A stretch of DNA of 64,000 bases, taken from positions 54,275-118,274 of the forward strand of contig CAZICS010000001.1 in NCBI GenBank assembly GCA_964537835.1, in the 5' to 3' direction. The DNA comes from an uncultured archaeon. Its GTDB lineage: Archaea; Aenigmatarchaeota; Aenigmatarchaeia; CG10238-14; SCSR01. Position 1 is the stretch's first letter, and each line of letters begins with the position of its first letter. The notes under the pieces were generated by a model. The model worked only from the letters and a program-made list of their open reading frames with translations, was not told where the DNA came from and searched no databases. The position numbers and the translations under genes were made by a program. Below are positions 11,401-26,400 of this stretch, piece after piece.

Positions 11401-14400
11401 TCTTGTCCAGCTTAGGGTTACAGTTTTGTTTATAACTGGAGAATCTAAATTCGTTTTATTTGCTTGAATCCAACTAGTTGAACCATACCTTCTTACGTAT
11501 AAAGTTAAATTGACAAAATCATAATCCTCATCTGTTACTGTAACATTGAAGTAGAACCTTTCTCCCCATCCTCCAACCTCACTACCTTGAGCAGATATTA
11601 CAGAGAGATTAGATAAAACTGGTTTTGTTTCTATGAAGAATTCTTTTGTTCTTGTTATAGACCTATTGATGAAGTATGGACCTGAAACGTTTATCCTTAC
11701 ATCGTACCATCTTGCCTTCATGTCAAAAGTATTTCTGTTACATCTATAAACTCCTGTTGCAGGGTTTGTTATTTCTGTACAACTATAACTTTTACCCGTC
11801 TCATTATGGACAGCTTCCATGGTTATTATAGCTGGGTCTATCTCACCACCACAGTCATCCTTTATTGCTACCTCTTCAGCAATTCCAGGATAGCCTGCAT
11901 CCAAAGTTACATTTTCTTCTGAGCGTAAGACTGTATCATCTGTATAATCTCCTTGTCTATATCCACTTGGATAATAGACGAAATCTCCATATATTTCTAA
12001 AGTGTAGTTTGTTGTATTTTGTTGAATAAAGCAAGCATCAGTCACACTCCCTTTCCATTTCTGCAACCCAGGATAATAATTACAGTCTGGATTGAAGTAA
12101 TAGGTTACGTATCCAGAAGAGTTTGTTTTATTAGTTTGCGCTAGGAAAGTGCTTCCATCTTTGGTTACATAGAAGGTTACTGTAGCATTATAAGCTGGAA
12201 CATTTCTATCTGTGTCATTAACTCCTAGTACAAGCAAAATAGTATTTCCTATATCGCTATCAGACCTATTAACCTTAGAATTATTCCCTGAAATGTAATA
12301 GATTACTACATCATCTTTTATTATGCTTGGAGCGGGTATGTTGCTAGTATTAAATATGTTTGTTCCATCATCGATTTGCCATTTGAAGTAAACCAAGCTC
12401 GTATTTATTTCACTACATTCAAAATTACTAACGTTTACTTCACATGTTCCTTTTCCATTGTAAACAGTGTCATTACCTCTATAAACCCAACCCTTTGAGG
12501 TATAGGTAAACAATTTGCAAGTCACGTTATCGAATTGAGCATCATCTATATCTACTCTAAATGTAAAGGTTTCTCCCCATCCTCCAACTTCAGGATAAAC
12601 GCTTTCATTTTCTGCTATTGGTGGGGTGTTATTTAGATAAATCCAATCTTCGAAGATAGTCGAGTTCGAATAGTAATAATCTCTCGATGAGTTAACTCTT
12701 ATATCATAATAACCTCCTTTATGGAAGCTTGTATTCCAGGTTGAATAGTACAATCCATTACCTTTCTCGTTCGCTGGATAAGGTTCAATTAGTCTAATTT
12801 CTCCTATTGAAGAAATTTCTTCGAACGAAACATTTGCTGAACTAACATTTTCTCCGCACTCTCCTTGAATTAAACCAGTAACATTAATAACATTTCCAAC
12901 AGGGATTACACTATCTTCTTCAGGTTCAACTAAGAAATTCATCAATTGCCCTATTAAAGTAATTTGTTGATTTCCTGTGGTTGCTGTAAAGTAACAAGCA
13001 TCTTCTAGGTCAATCTTCCAGTACTGAATACCAACATCAAAAGTACAATTTGGATCAAAGGTATAATTAAAGTAGCCGTTAGTTTGAGTTACTAATTTCT
13101 TGTCAAACAAGAAGTTCAAGCCATCTGTTGTTATATAAATACTTCCGTTTACGTCAGCAAAGTCTATTTCCGTTCCTTTTATAGTGTCATAGAACTTAGC
13201 AGCAAACCAAGCGCTATCATCACCAGGTCTTGTAATTTGAGTTTTCGACCAGTCTACATCAGCTACATCCGCTTGGTCTTTTGTAATTGTTATAGAACTT
13301 GATTTTTCATCCGTATAGTTGAAGTTATCGCTTGCGTTTATTTTATACATCTTACTTCCTATATCGCTATAAGTTCTGTTGCAAGTAAAAGTAATCGGAT
13401 AGAATTCTATATTAGTACAATTTCCAACAGCTGGAACACAAACTTTTTGATCAGCTAATTCCCATTCTCCAGTTAGATTAAGCCAGAAGTAAACGTTTAT
13501 AGTAGAACCTAGTTGAGCATTGTAATCTTCATCTTCAACGCTGAATGGGAAGTGCCAATTATCTCCCCATCCTGCCGAACCAGTATCTGTATAAACAGTT
13601 CCTAAGGTAATAACAGGCTTTGAAGCAAGATAGTATGAGTTTATAGTCAAATTAGTTTCACTTGCATTATAATACTCTTTTTCAGCTTTGATTGAAATGT
13701 TTGTATAACCATAGAGCCATGTTGGTTCTGGTTGAGCAGTAGTATCTGCCCTGAAAACACACTTATAAATTCCAGGAGATTCTTCAACTATCTGACCTGG
13801 TGGACTTTGATCTTGCACGCAATCTTTCTCTGAAGGACTTGCACCCAATTGTTGAGATTTAATGGTGACGCTTGCATTACTTACACCTCCGCATTCGTCA
13901 GTTACATTAACTCTTACAGGTACGTCTTCTATACCCTTAAGGAATAGTTTAGCGTTTAATGGCTCCAACAATTCTATTTGGAGAGGAAGTGTAGTTATGT
14001 TTATTGAGAATTCACTTGAATTAGAAGCCTTGTAAGCTTCTGAATACAAAACACCAGCTTTCCATTTCTGTGGTCCAACTTCATAGCTACAGTCAGGATC
14101 AAATTCTCCAGCAGAAGTATTTATAAAGCCGCTTGAGAAAATAGCAGGTACTTCTGAATAAGTTGAACCATCTTTAGTTACCCATATTCTTACATTAGAG
14201 CTTAAAATACCAGCTATGACATCGATTCCTTTATCTATATCGTAAGTTTTAACGCTTAGCTTCTGATAACTATCGTCAGCTCTGTAAACGCTTGTTTCAT
14301 TACCTTCTGCATGAATTAGAAGCAAATCATCTTTCCCTATAACAAAACTTCCATTTCCTACCTCAAAAGTATTGTTAACAAAATCTTTAGTCGTATTCCC

Positions 14401-17400
14401 AAATACATCTTTTACTTCACTTACATTAAACTTGAAAACATGTGTTCCTAATCCAGGATTACTGTAAGTTGGCCATCCTTCTATTTTAAATGTAACTGTT
14501 ACATTAACACCTTGAACGCTTGAATTTGTCATCGGGATTGGCAATGGTTGAGCCCAATCTCCTTCCACTAAGCTAGAGTTAACCCAGAGTTTAACTTCTA
14601 AGATATCATCATCCTCATCTGTAACATTAACCCTAAAGTACCAAGTTTCTCCCCAACCACCATCTCCAACATTCTGTTGCGAGTCATAGCTTATCACATA
14701 AAAGTCTGTAGTTAGGATTGGCTTAGTTTCAACCCAATACCCTTTTTCCCAAATTTGGAATTGGTCTATGGTTTCATTAGAGTTGTAATATTCTTTGCTT
14801 ACATTAAACCTTACATCCCAACCCTTGGCAGAAAAGCTTGAAGTATTGATTGTACAATTGTAATAACCGCTTCCTTCATTCAATACAGGGTTACAATATT
14901 TCACATCATTTCCTTGAATCGAAGAGAAGTTAACGCTTGCATCCTGAACAAAAACATTGCAGTCATCAACAACATAACCTCTTAGCAATACATTTTGTCC
15001 ATCTGGATAATTTCCTCTTAAGTATTTCCCTCCTCTAGGTTGAGTTATAACAGGTTTTAGGTCTCCAATAATTGTAAGTGTAGAGTCACTTATGTTTTTG
15101 TCTATGTAGCAAGCATCCGTTATTCCAGCTTTCCAATTTTGTAAACCTACCGAATAACTGCAATTTGGATCGAAATAATAGGTTGCATTCCCTAAGCTAT
15201 CCGTTTGATTTATTATATCTAGCTGATAATTAGAACCATCATGAGTAACCCAGAAGCTTACATCAACACCTTCAACTGTAGAATTCTTCTCCACATCGAA
15301 AATGTTAACTGAAAGTAATACAGCACCAATACTCCTATTAACTATTGAGTTATTACCTTGGATTAGAGCTATAACTGCTTCGCTTTCTTTCAACTTAGGT
15401 GCATTGATTGGAGTTGTATTGTAATAATTAGCCGGCTCCCCATTCTTTATCTCCCACTTAAACCAATTATCATTACCTATATCGCTGCAAGTGAAACCTT
15501 GGTAAGGAACCCAGCAAGTTCCTTTAGTAGGTGTACCAGGGGTTCCTGTTATGGTATAACTTCCTACTTTCTCCCAAGTTATTCCATCATCCTTGCTTAT
15601 GTATAAATTACAAGTTATTGTATCTCCTTCTTGGTCATAGATATCGATCGTAAAGTTAAAGTAGCTTGACCATCCTTTATACTCATCAAAGCTTAATTCT
15701 TCCCAGTCACCTAATACATAATTATAAACATAAACGCTAACATTCTCGCTTGTAGCGTTCACATTCTCTAGCCAGAACCAATTGTTATAGAGTGAAGAAT
15801 TAAAGTTGTAGTACTCCTTGCTTGCATTCAACCTAATACTCCAATATCCTTCTTTCTTAGCAGTAGAATCCCAAGTACAATTATACCATCCATCATACTC
15901 ATTATAAGCTGGAGTACAACCCTCCCAATTACCCAAAGGACTTCTTAACTCAATACTAACGCTAGCATTAGCTATTAAACCTTCATTCAAACAATCACTA
16001 GTAGTATTAAACCTAATCAAAATCTGATCAGTAACATTGAATACAGAATTATAAACAGGTACCAACAAATTATTCTTCAATTGGCCACGAATGGTTATCG
16101 ATTGAACTGTGTATCCGCTGATTGCACTAGAAGTATAACATTCATCACCCACATCCATTCTCCAATTTTGTATACCTACTGAGTAACTGCAATTTGGATT
16201 GAAATTATAGCTTAGATAACCTGAACTATCAGTAGTTAAAGCGATAGGCGGACCATAGTTCGCATTATCATAGGTTATTCTAATTGTACCATCAACTCCA
16301 CTTCCAACATATTCTCCTCTATCCCTATCATAAACTTGGGCTTGCAGTAAAACTGTTTCATCTTCTCTGTCAACTTCGCTTGGAGTTGTTGTTGCATAAA
16401 GAACGACATCATCTTTAATTATTTGTTGTTGTTGAGTTGTTGAAACTGTGTAATTCCAATAGTCTGTTGCGGTAACATTGAAAATTCTAGTTCCCATATC
16501 AGAGCAAGTGAATGTATTCTTGTAAGTGATGGTTTTAGTAATCTTACAATCAGGAGCAGAACAAATGCTTGAGTTTAACAATTTCCAGCCATTTGTAGTA
16601 TTACTCCATAAGCTAACGTTAAGTTTTTCAAAACTAAATGTTCCTTGATCTTCATCATACAGATCTATATCGAATATCCAAGTTTCTCCCCAGCCATAAG
16701 GATTAACAGAACTTCCAAAAGAATCTTGGGTTGTTATAGTTAAAGCACTTATAGTTGGTTGAGTAACCAAAACAAATGCATTCTCTTTAAGCAACACATC
16801 TGAACTATTGTAATAAGTCTTAGAAGCATTTATGGTAGCGTTATAATATCCTAAAGTCCAGGTTGAAGGATCGAAGGAATAAGTTACATAACCGCTCGCA
16901 TTGGTAAAGGCTTGAGCCGAATGAGTAGTTGCACCCTGTTTGGCTTTAAGGTCAACTAAAGCTGATGCTACTCCACCACAATCATCGTAAACATAACCTA
17001 GATAATCTACAGTATCTATACCCTTCCTATAGCTTTCACCATTTGGTTTGATTAAGCTAACTTCCAACGGTGTTGTTATCAAGGTTAAGTTCCATGCTGG
17101 GTTTGCGGGAGTGCTCCAAGTTGGCTTATAGCAGCTTTGTCCAAAGAAGACCTTCCATTTTTGAGGTCCTATATCATACAAACATCTATCTGAAGATGGG
17201 AAGTTATCAGTAATATATCCATTTGGTTCTATCGTATTTAGTTCTAAATCTTTCCTATAATTACTTCCATCATAAGTAACCCAGAATTGACCTAAATCAT
17301 TGTAAGCAACAGGGTTACCCGTATCTAAATCTTGAATTTGTACTTTCAGCGGAACCCTTTCACCATTGGTAACATTACTCCTATTAAGGATTGCATTATT

Positions 17401-20400
17401 CCCGAAAATCAAACTTATGCTTATGTCATCCCTTTCCAAACTAAAGCTTCCTACGGAAGATTCAGCATAATCCTTCTGAGAGCTAGCTGGAGTAACAGTC
17501 GAATAATCATCAGTACCATTAAAGAAGAATTCATGCGTAGCGTTAGTAAGTAAATCATCGCATACAAATGATGTAGTGAATTCTATTATTGCACTTTCAA
17601 CACCAGCAGCTTTGCTTTTTCCGGTAATCGGTGGTTTCACGCTCCAGCTTCCACCTCCAGGTCTCTCGTAGAACCATACTTGAACTTGATCTAAGTCTTC
17701 ATCCGTAACATTAACTCTGAAAGTCCAAGTCTCCCCCCATCCACCTATATTCCCTCCTTGTTCTGACTCGACGCTTGTTGATATTAATTGAATTGTTGGT
17801 AAAGTTTCTATCCAGAATGCATTTGTTTCTGTATAATCTACCAAATTATAGAATTGCTTCTCAGCATAAACTCTAATATCATAATACCGAGGCGACTTTC
17901 CGCTTGAATTGAAGGTTGTATTGTAATAGCCTAAGCTTTCTTGAACATGTTGCAAGTAGAAGATATCGTTAGTGTAAGTACTCTTAACTGAAATATTTAG
18001 GTAGTCTGGGTCGATTAAATTGTTACAATCCTCGCTTATGTTAAACCTTATGGAAACATTTTCTCCACGATAAAATTCTTCTGCATTCAATGGTTGAATT
18101 ACTTGAGTTGACAAGCTTCCTTTAATAGTTAGATTCCATGTGTCAGAGTATACGTCAAAATAACATGTTTGACCTTCTATAAAGGTTGTCCAGTTTTGAT
18201 ACCCAACTTGATAAGTACAATCTGGAGAGAAATCATAAGCTGCATAGCCTAAGCTCGTATTAACTTCAGCTGCTGTCAAATAATTACTTCCATCGTAAGT
18301 TATGTTGAACTTAACTGGTGTATTATCTGCAACCGCACTTCCTTTATCCTGGTCATACACATAAACCTTTAGGGTTAAAGTTCCAGAATTTCTATTAACT
18401 TCTTTCCCATCTCCGCTTACAATACTTATTTGTAAGGTATCTTTGGTTATGTTTGGTCCTTGTGAAGTTTCGGTATTAACTGTATTATACCCATCATCTA
18501 AAACAAAATAGTAATAATTATCAGTTCCTATGTCAGAGCAGGTAAAGTTAATTAGCCATGAACATAGACCATGGCCTCCGGTTATTGTAATCGGGGTTTG
18601 AGATTCAAAATAGCTACCTCCATCTGTCGAAATGTAAAGGGTACAAGTGACATCATCGTTGTCAGGATCATCGATTGAAATCGAATAGTTATAAGTTGTG
18701 CCCCACCCTCCTTCATTTGGAGAAACAGGTATTATCGTGTAAGTGGGTGGAGCATTTTGTAAATAGAACCAGTTGTCATACCAAGTTGAGTTTTTATGGT
18801 AATAGTTTCTAGTTGCATTCATCCTTATATCCCAATATCCTGGTGTCTTTAGAGTAGAATCCCAAGTACAGTTGTAATAACCATTTCCTAAATCTGTAAC
18901 AGGATAGCATTCTTCAATAACATCCAAAGGAGATCTCAGATTTATGTTAACTGTAGTCTCATTTAACAAACCTTCTTGGGAGCAATCTGAATAAACACTT
19001 CCATTTATCGGAATGAGAGTTGTTGTCTGGAAGGTTGAGTCATATTCTGGATAAGTAAGGTTGACTTTAAGTTGTCCATAAATGGTAAAGAGAACAGAAT
19101 CACTTTCTGCATCTTTGTAACAGGATTCTCCTATGGTTGCGATTCTCCAATATTGGGATCCTACAGTAAAGCTACAATTTGGGTCAAAGTAAAATCTAAC
19201 TTTGGAGTCTGCTTCAGTATAGTTAGTAAGCCAGATTAAGTATTCACTTCCGTTCCAAGTAACCTTAAGTTTGGTTTCGACACCAGAACCAACTGAAGTA
19301 TCCCTATCCAAATCGATAAGTGTTGCGACGAACTTAGCTTTATCAGTAAACTCCCTATCAACTTCGCTATCGGACAAAGCTGGTTCAGCAATTATCTGGA
19401 CATCGTCTTTTGCGATAGTAATTGTATCAGAAGTATTGTAACTATATCCATAAAAGTCTGTTGCTGTCAAATTCCATTCTCTTGTTCCTACATCTTGACA
19501 TGCAAAATCATCTTCTTGGATAAAAGTATAGCTGCACGGACTTGCTGTGCAAATCGTTGAATTCAATAATTTCCATCCAGAAGCCAAGTTAACCCATAAA
19601 CTAACATTTACTTCATCTTCTCTAGGAATAATCGCTAAATCATCATCTGTTAGAGTAAAACTAAATTGCCAGGTTTCTCCCCATCCTCCAGTTGTTGAAC
19701 CTTCTTCTGAAACAGCTGAGTAAGAGGTTATTTGTGGTTTTGTAACTAAAACAAAAGCATTCTCTTCTGTCCAAACAGAACTTGAATTGTAGTAAATTTT
19801 GCTTCCGTTGAAAGTAACATTCCAATAACCTAGATAGCTATTAGGCCATCCTGCTGTGTCAGTAGCAAGGATTGTGCAGGAATAATACCCATTCCCTTCA
19901 TCTGTTACAGGAGTGCATTCTATGTCTGTAGTTCCTTTGACTATGTGAAATTCTCCATTTCCATTCGGGATCAATCCACAATCATCCTCTAACCAACCCC
20001 TGAGCAGAATGTCATCTTCTCCTCTAACAAAGGATGTTCCTCCTGTAGGTTCTGAAACATAAGCTTCTAAAGCTTGAGTTATAATTGTAAAGGAGTAATT
20101 TGTTGAATTAACATCTTTATACCAATCATTCCCTACAGTCCCAACTTTCCATTTCTGGGGACCTACTTGATAGCTACAGTCTGGATAGAACTGATAGCTA
20201 ACATTTCCCAATTCGTTACCAGTTCCTGTTGTAAAGTAGCTAGGTGGGGTTGGATGAGCAACAAAATTAGTGTTATTCGTAGTAATGTAAAATCTAACCT
20301 TAGCTCCTCCTACAGCAGCGTTTTTATCCGTATCTATAACTTTAACCTTGAAGGTAACGTTTTGTAAAGGTTCTCCTAAAGAAGCACTTCTGTTTACAAC

Positions 20401-23400
20401 ACTATTATTCCCTTCCAATAGTTGGATTGCTATATCATCTTTCTCTATCGTAAATGTAACTATTGAAGTATTGGCAACATTACCATCATCATCACTTACG
20501 TTAAAGAAGAGTTCCCAATCTCCTATATAGCTTCCCGTCGCCCATGTTTTTGAAAATTGGACTTTCACATTGGTTCCGCTTACACTAGAATTACACCCAT
20601 GCAAAATCCAAGCAGTATCACCAACTCTTCTGTAGTAAGAGCAAACCGTTAGTGTATCATAGTCATAATCTGTGGCATTAACCACGAACCACCAATTCTC
20701 ACCCCAACCTCCTAAATTATTGGTCCCCTCATTAATTTCTTGCTCGCTTATCGCATCTTCTCCAACTAACAAAGGAATAGTTTCAACCCAGAAAGCTTGG
20801 TATTTTGTTGTTGAATTATCATTATAATCATCTTTCTGCAAGAAGGAGGTTACATCATACCATTGAGTTGGCAGGGAAGAAGTATTAAACGTACAACTGT
20901 AGTAGCCAGGCTCTTCGAAGTTTATAGGTTCGCAAACAAATTCTTCCCCTGTTTGTTGGGATTTGTAAGTGAAATTCATTTTAGAAAAGCCGGTTAAATT
21001 CACAGAGCAATCATCGTAAGTGTGAATTCTTATGGTTATATTATCTCCTCTCAAATATTTTTCGCTGCTTGGCTGAAGAATATCATTTAAAATACTTCCA
21101 ACTACATTCACCGCAAACTCACTACTATTAACATCTTGGTAACAAGCATCTGTAATTCCTGCTTTCCAGTATTGTTGTCCAACTGAATAACTGCAATTTG
21201 GATTGAAATAGTAGCTTGAATTTCCCTGAGAATCTGTTTGGTTTAATAAGTCAAACTGATAGTTAAGATTATCGTGAGTTACCCAGAAGCTAACATTAAT
21301 GTTTTGGGCGTATGCATTTTTTTCAACATCGAATACATTAACTCCTAGCCTTATTGTGTTTCCTAATTCTACATCACTCCTATTAACATAACTGTTGTTT
21401 CCTTCTATCAAGCTTATTCTTGCTAAGGATTCTCTTAGTTCTGGAAGTTGAATTGGTGTTGTGTTATAGTAATTAGAAGGCTCACCATTTTTAATTTCCC
21501 ACTTGAAGCTATTGATTCCTATGTCAGAACAGGTAAAGGATTGATAAATTACAGAGCAAGTTCCTTTAGTAGGAACTCCTGGAGATCCTGTAAGGATATC
21601 TGAGCCTGCTAGTTCCCATTCGTTTGTAGAGTTTCTTTTTATGTAAAGGTTACAAGTAATTGTATCTCCTTCTGGGTCGTAGATGTCAATAGTATAATTG
21701 AATTTGGATGACCAACCTGTTGGTTGAGTAACTACTTGCCATTGGTTGGTAGAATAGTTGTAAGCGTAAACAGTCGCATTCTCAGCTGTTGAGTTAAGAT
21801 TCTCTAGCCAGAACCATTTTTGATATAGGGTTGTGTTGGAGTTGTAGTCTGTCCTTGAAGAAGTAATTCTTATAGAATAGTAACCTTCATCCTTTCCAGT
21901 AGAATCCCAAGTACAATTGTACCAACCATCTCCCTCATTGTTAATTGCACCACAACCGCTTTCTTGTGAATATGGATCAATTAAAGCAACCTCTTGAATG
22001 GTAGAATCATTTATCAGACCTTCAACTTCACAATCAGTTGAAACATTAAACCTTATCAAGATTTGGTCTGTGACATTGAAAACTGAATTGTAAATGGGTA
22101 ATTCTAAGTTATTCTTGAGCTGACCAATAACTAGATAATTCTGCAAGGAATATTCTGGGGGTTGTAGAGATTCATCTTTGTAGCATGCATCATTAACTAT
22201 TTCAACATACCAGTACTGAGTTCCAGTTTGATATGTACAGTTGGGATCGAAATCATAAGCTAAGTAACCGTTCGAATCGGTCTGAACCTGATGACCTGAA
22301 TCATAGATTAGAGGTGATGCTTGGTAAGAGAAGTAGTAAGTACCAACTACACCAGCCTCCACTGGCGATTCGTGATCTGTATCATTCACAAGTACTTTGA
22401 AGGTTCCATATGTTGCTCCTTCTCTATTAATCGAGATACCAGAACCTTGAATTACTACAAACTGAATGTCATCTTTTTCTAAGGTGATATTAGGTGGAAA
22501 AACTTCTTTGACCAAGTTGTGAGAATCTTCTGCTCTAATTTTAAGGTAAAGTATAGGTCCATTAAGATAATCTTCACAAGAAAATCTTTCAAAAAATCTT
22601 ATTTCCCTGAAGGAAGTACAATCTGTGCAAAGTTGAGAATCAACATAATACCAAGTTTGATTGTCATAAGATTTCCATAAGCTTATGTTTACCGTATCTT
22701 TAGGATCATAATCTCTAAAACTCATGTTTATACTAAAATTATAACCCCATCCCTCTATTCTCGGGGTTACATTTGCATCGTAAATTTCTGGTCTGTACCA
22801 TAACTCAAAAGCATTAATTCTTGTTACGTTAATTGGATAGTAATAGGGTTTTGTAGCGTTTGCACTTAGATTATAAAATCCTGGAGAAGCACCAACCGTT
22901 GAATAAGTATAAGTATAGCTTCCGTTTCCTAAATCATTAGCTTGTGCATATTCTGGTAAAAGATAAGAAGAACCTTGCCAAGCTTTGAAGCTTACAGAAG
23001 CTCCACTTAAATAGCCATAATAAGCCAAACATTCATCAAAAGCTTCTGTTTTAGCAAGCACATCTTCACCGATACCATAAGCTTCTCCCTCTGGTTTTGA
23101 AATTGTAAGGTTTAGTTGGGTCCAAATATTTACAAACTGGAAGCTTGTTTGATTAGCAGCATAATACCTATCACTTTCGTCAACACCAGCAAACCATTTC
23201 TGCTTCCCTGGGTAATAAGTACAATCTGGATTAAAGGTAAAGTTCGCTATATTATTAGAAATTCCAACAGTCCCAGCAGATATATAATTATTTCCATCGG
23301 TAGTCACATAAAACCTTGCTGTAACTCCGCTTATAGTTGAAGAAGGATCTGTAGTATCAACAACTCTTACAGCTAAGTAAGTGACATTGTTCCTTCTATC

Positions 23401-26400
23401 AACATCTGTTTCATTACCTGCAACGTACTGAATTTCTAGGGTTCTTTTGGTTACGTTGAAAGTTAGAATTGGGGTTTCATTATAGTTTCCTAATTTATCC
23501 GTAACCCTTATCTTCCATTCATACTTACCTATTTCTGTGGCTAGGAAATATTCGTTAAATTGAGCTAGGTAATTAACAGGATCTGTAACATTAAAACTAT
23601 CTCTCAGAGTCCAAAGAGTCTCACCTAAAGGTCTTATGTAGAAGCTTACATTAACCAAATCATCGTCGTCGCTTACATAAGCTTTGAACGTTATTGTCTG
23701 TCCCCAAACTTGATCATGTGGAGTAACACTTGGATTTTCAACTCTAGGCCAAACTTCGACAAAAAATCTATTAGAAAATAAAGTAGAATTGAAATTGTAA
23801 TAATTCCTTGAAGAATTCATCCTTACAGAATAATATCCTCCTACAGCATTCGTAAGGTTTATTGAGCAATTGTAGTAGTTATTTCCTAAAGGAGATGCCT
23901 CACAAGACTTAGAGTAAGATTCATGAGCTATTGTAAAGTTAACTTGAGCGTCTGATATGCCTAATTCACATTCGTCACTTACATTCCCCTCTATACTTAC
24001 ATTCTCATTAGGATAGTAAATCTCATTTCCAGTGGGATAGGTTAACAAATTCCTTAACCAACCAATAATCGTTAAAGTATAATTTGTTGAGTTTGTATCC
24101 TTATAACATGTGTTATCAACAACACCTACCTTCCAGTATTGTGGGCCAGCTGAATAAGAGCAGTTTGAATTGAAATAGTAGCTAGAAGTTGCATCGCTTT
24201 GAGTATAATTGAGAGTCCCTGAATCAAAGTTTTGAGTATCATAAGTTATCCAGAATCGAGTCTTAACATTAGCGGGAACTAAAGTTTTATTATCTGTATC
24301 ATTGACTAAAACTTTAAGGAGAATTATATCTCCTCTATTTATAGTGCTACCATTGCCTTGTAGATGTATGATTTCAACATCATCTTTATCCAAACTAAAT
24401 GCTATCCCTGCTCTATCTGTAGCGTTATGGGCATCGGTTGCATTAAACTTAAAGTAATAGGTAGGCATATCGCTACAACTAAATCCTTTATACCAGAAAG
24501 TTAGCTCAGTTTTTTGTCCACAATCATGGCAAATTTGCGAATCTATGAATTGCCAGGTTTGGTTATCAGGAGATAACCAGAAGCTCACGTTTACATTTTC
24601 TCCATTTAAATCACTTACATTAACTTTAAAGGTAAAATTCTCTCCCCATCCCCAGTCTTCTTCGGGTAAAACAGTTTCGTCCTCTAGAACAGGAGGTACC
24701 CATTGCTGGATTATCCTAAAGGCGTAAGGTTTAGTTTGTGAATTATCATCATAATAACTAGCATTCGAAGCAAAAGTTGTTAGGTTATACCAACCCTCAG
24801 GAGCTTCAGTAGCATTCCATTCACAAACATAAGTTCCATTGTTTAAGTTTATTGTTTCATTACAATAGAATTGGTTACCGAAAGCTATGCTCTTAATAGT
24901 GTAGTTAACGTTTGCTGAAGTTATATTGTGCAGAGAGCATTCATCAACCACATGAGTTGTTAAATTAATGTAGAGAAAGTTCAACCTTACAAATTCGTTT
25001 CCATCCGGATAAGTTATGTTAGGAGTGAGCAAACCCACTATCGAAACATTATACTCAGAAGAATTTACCGCTTTATAACATGAATCAACTGTTTTTATAT
25101 AAGCATACCATTCTTGCTTTCCAACCTCAAATCTACAATCTGGATTAAAGTAATATTTGACGTATCCACTTGAATTTGTTTTGTTCCAACTTTGCTCAGA
25201 GGTAGGGCCTGCATCAATAAAATCTGTTCCGTTAAACACAGCAAAATAGAGTTTTGGTGAGTCATAGGTAGTGCTATAAACAGCCGGGGCATTTCTATCT
25301 GTATCGTTTAAATACATAATAAATAGAGTCTGATCATCACCGTATCTTCTAACATAACTTTCATTTCCTTCTACATACAAAATTTCCAAATCATCTTTTT
25401 TGATGGTATGGTAACTCGAAGAAGTTTCTGAATAAGATTCAGGGACTCCTGGTTCTGAGGCATTAAACTTATACCACAAAACACTTCCTTGGTCTGCGCA
25501 GGTATAGGTTCTCGTAAAGTTTACCAACTTATTAGTTGGATTTGCTATATACCTACATTCAGTTATTGAATAAGGTCCTGTTTCACTGCTTGCTTCAAGT
25601 AAGCAAACCTCTACACTTTCATAATGGTCTACTATAACACTAAAATTATGTACTTCTCCCCAAGAACCATCATTAGGAAAGCTAAGCGAAGGAGCGATAA
25701 GTCTAATTGGGGTTACAAGGAAAAATGCATTATCAAAATAGTCATAACCTGAGTGATAGTCAGCTCTTTCGGCATAGATTTCAATTCTATACCAACCTGC
25801 TGGTTTGTTAGTTGAATCCCAACTGCAATTGTAATGAGTTCCATTGAAGGTTGCATAACCTGAAGAAGGACATCTGTACCATTCGTTAGTTCTAAGATTT
25901 GTTAGATTGAAGTATACCTTAGCATCCCCTACCAAATTATTACAATCGTCAGAAAGATTTCCTACTAGTTCTATTATTTCACCCTCTGTGAAATTCTTAG
26001 AGCCATCTGGGAAGACTACTTTAGGATTAAGATCTCCAACTATTTTTATTAACAAAGTTTCGCTCGAGGTATTATCAGCGTAACAACTATCCTGGCTTAC
26101 ATTAACTTCCCATGAGTATATTCCCACATTATAAGTACAATCTGGGTTGAAATCGATATAGTAATACTCAGCTGTTGAGTTAAGGCTTGAAGTTATTTCA
26201 TAGGTTGAAGAATTTTTCAAAATAAATCTAACTTTATTCGTGTCTATAACTGTTACGTTCTGATTTAAAAGAAAGTCTCTTATCTGAATGGCTAATCTTG
26301 CTGTATTATTTGGCTTCGTATCATTTCTATTTATTACCGAATCATTGCCTGCATAATGTTTAATTGAAATAGGTTCTCTTGTAACATTAAACGAAACGAT

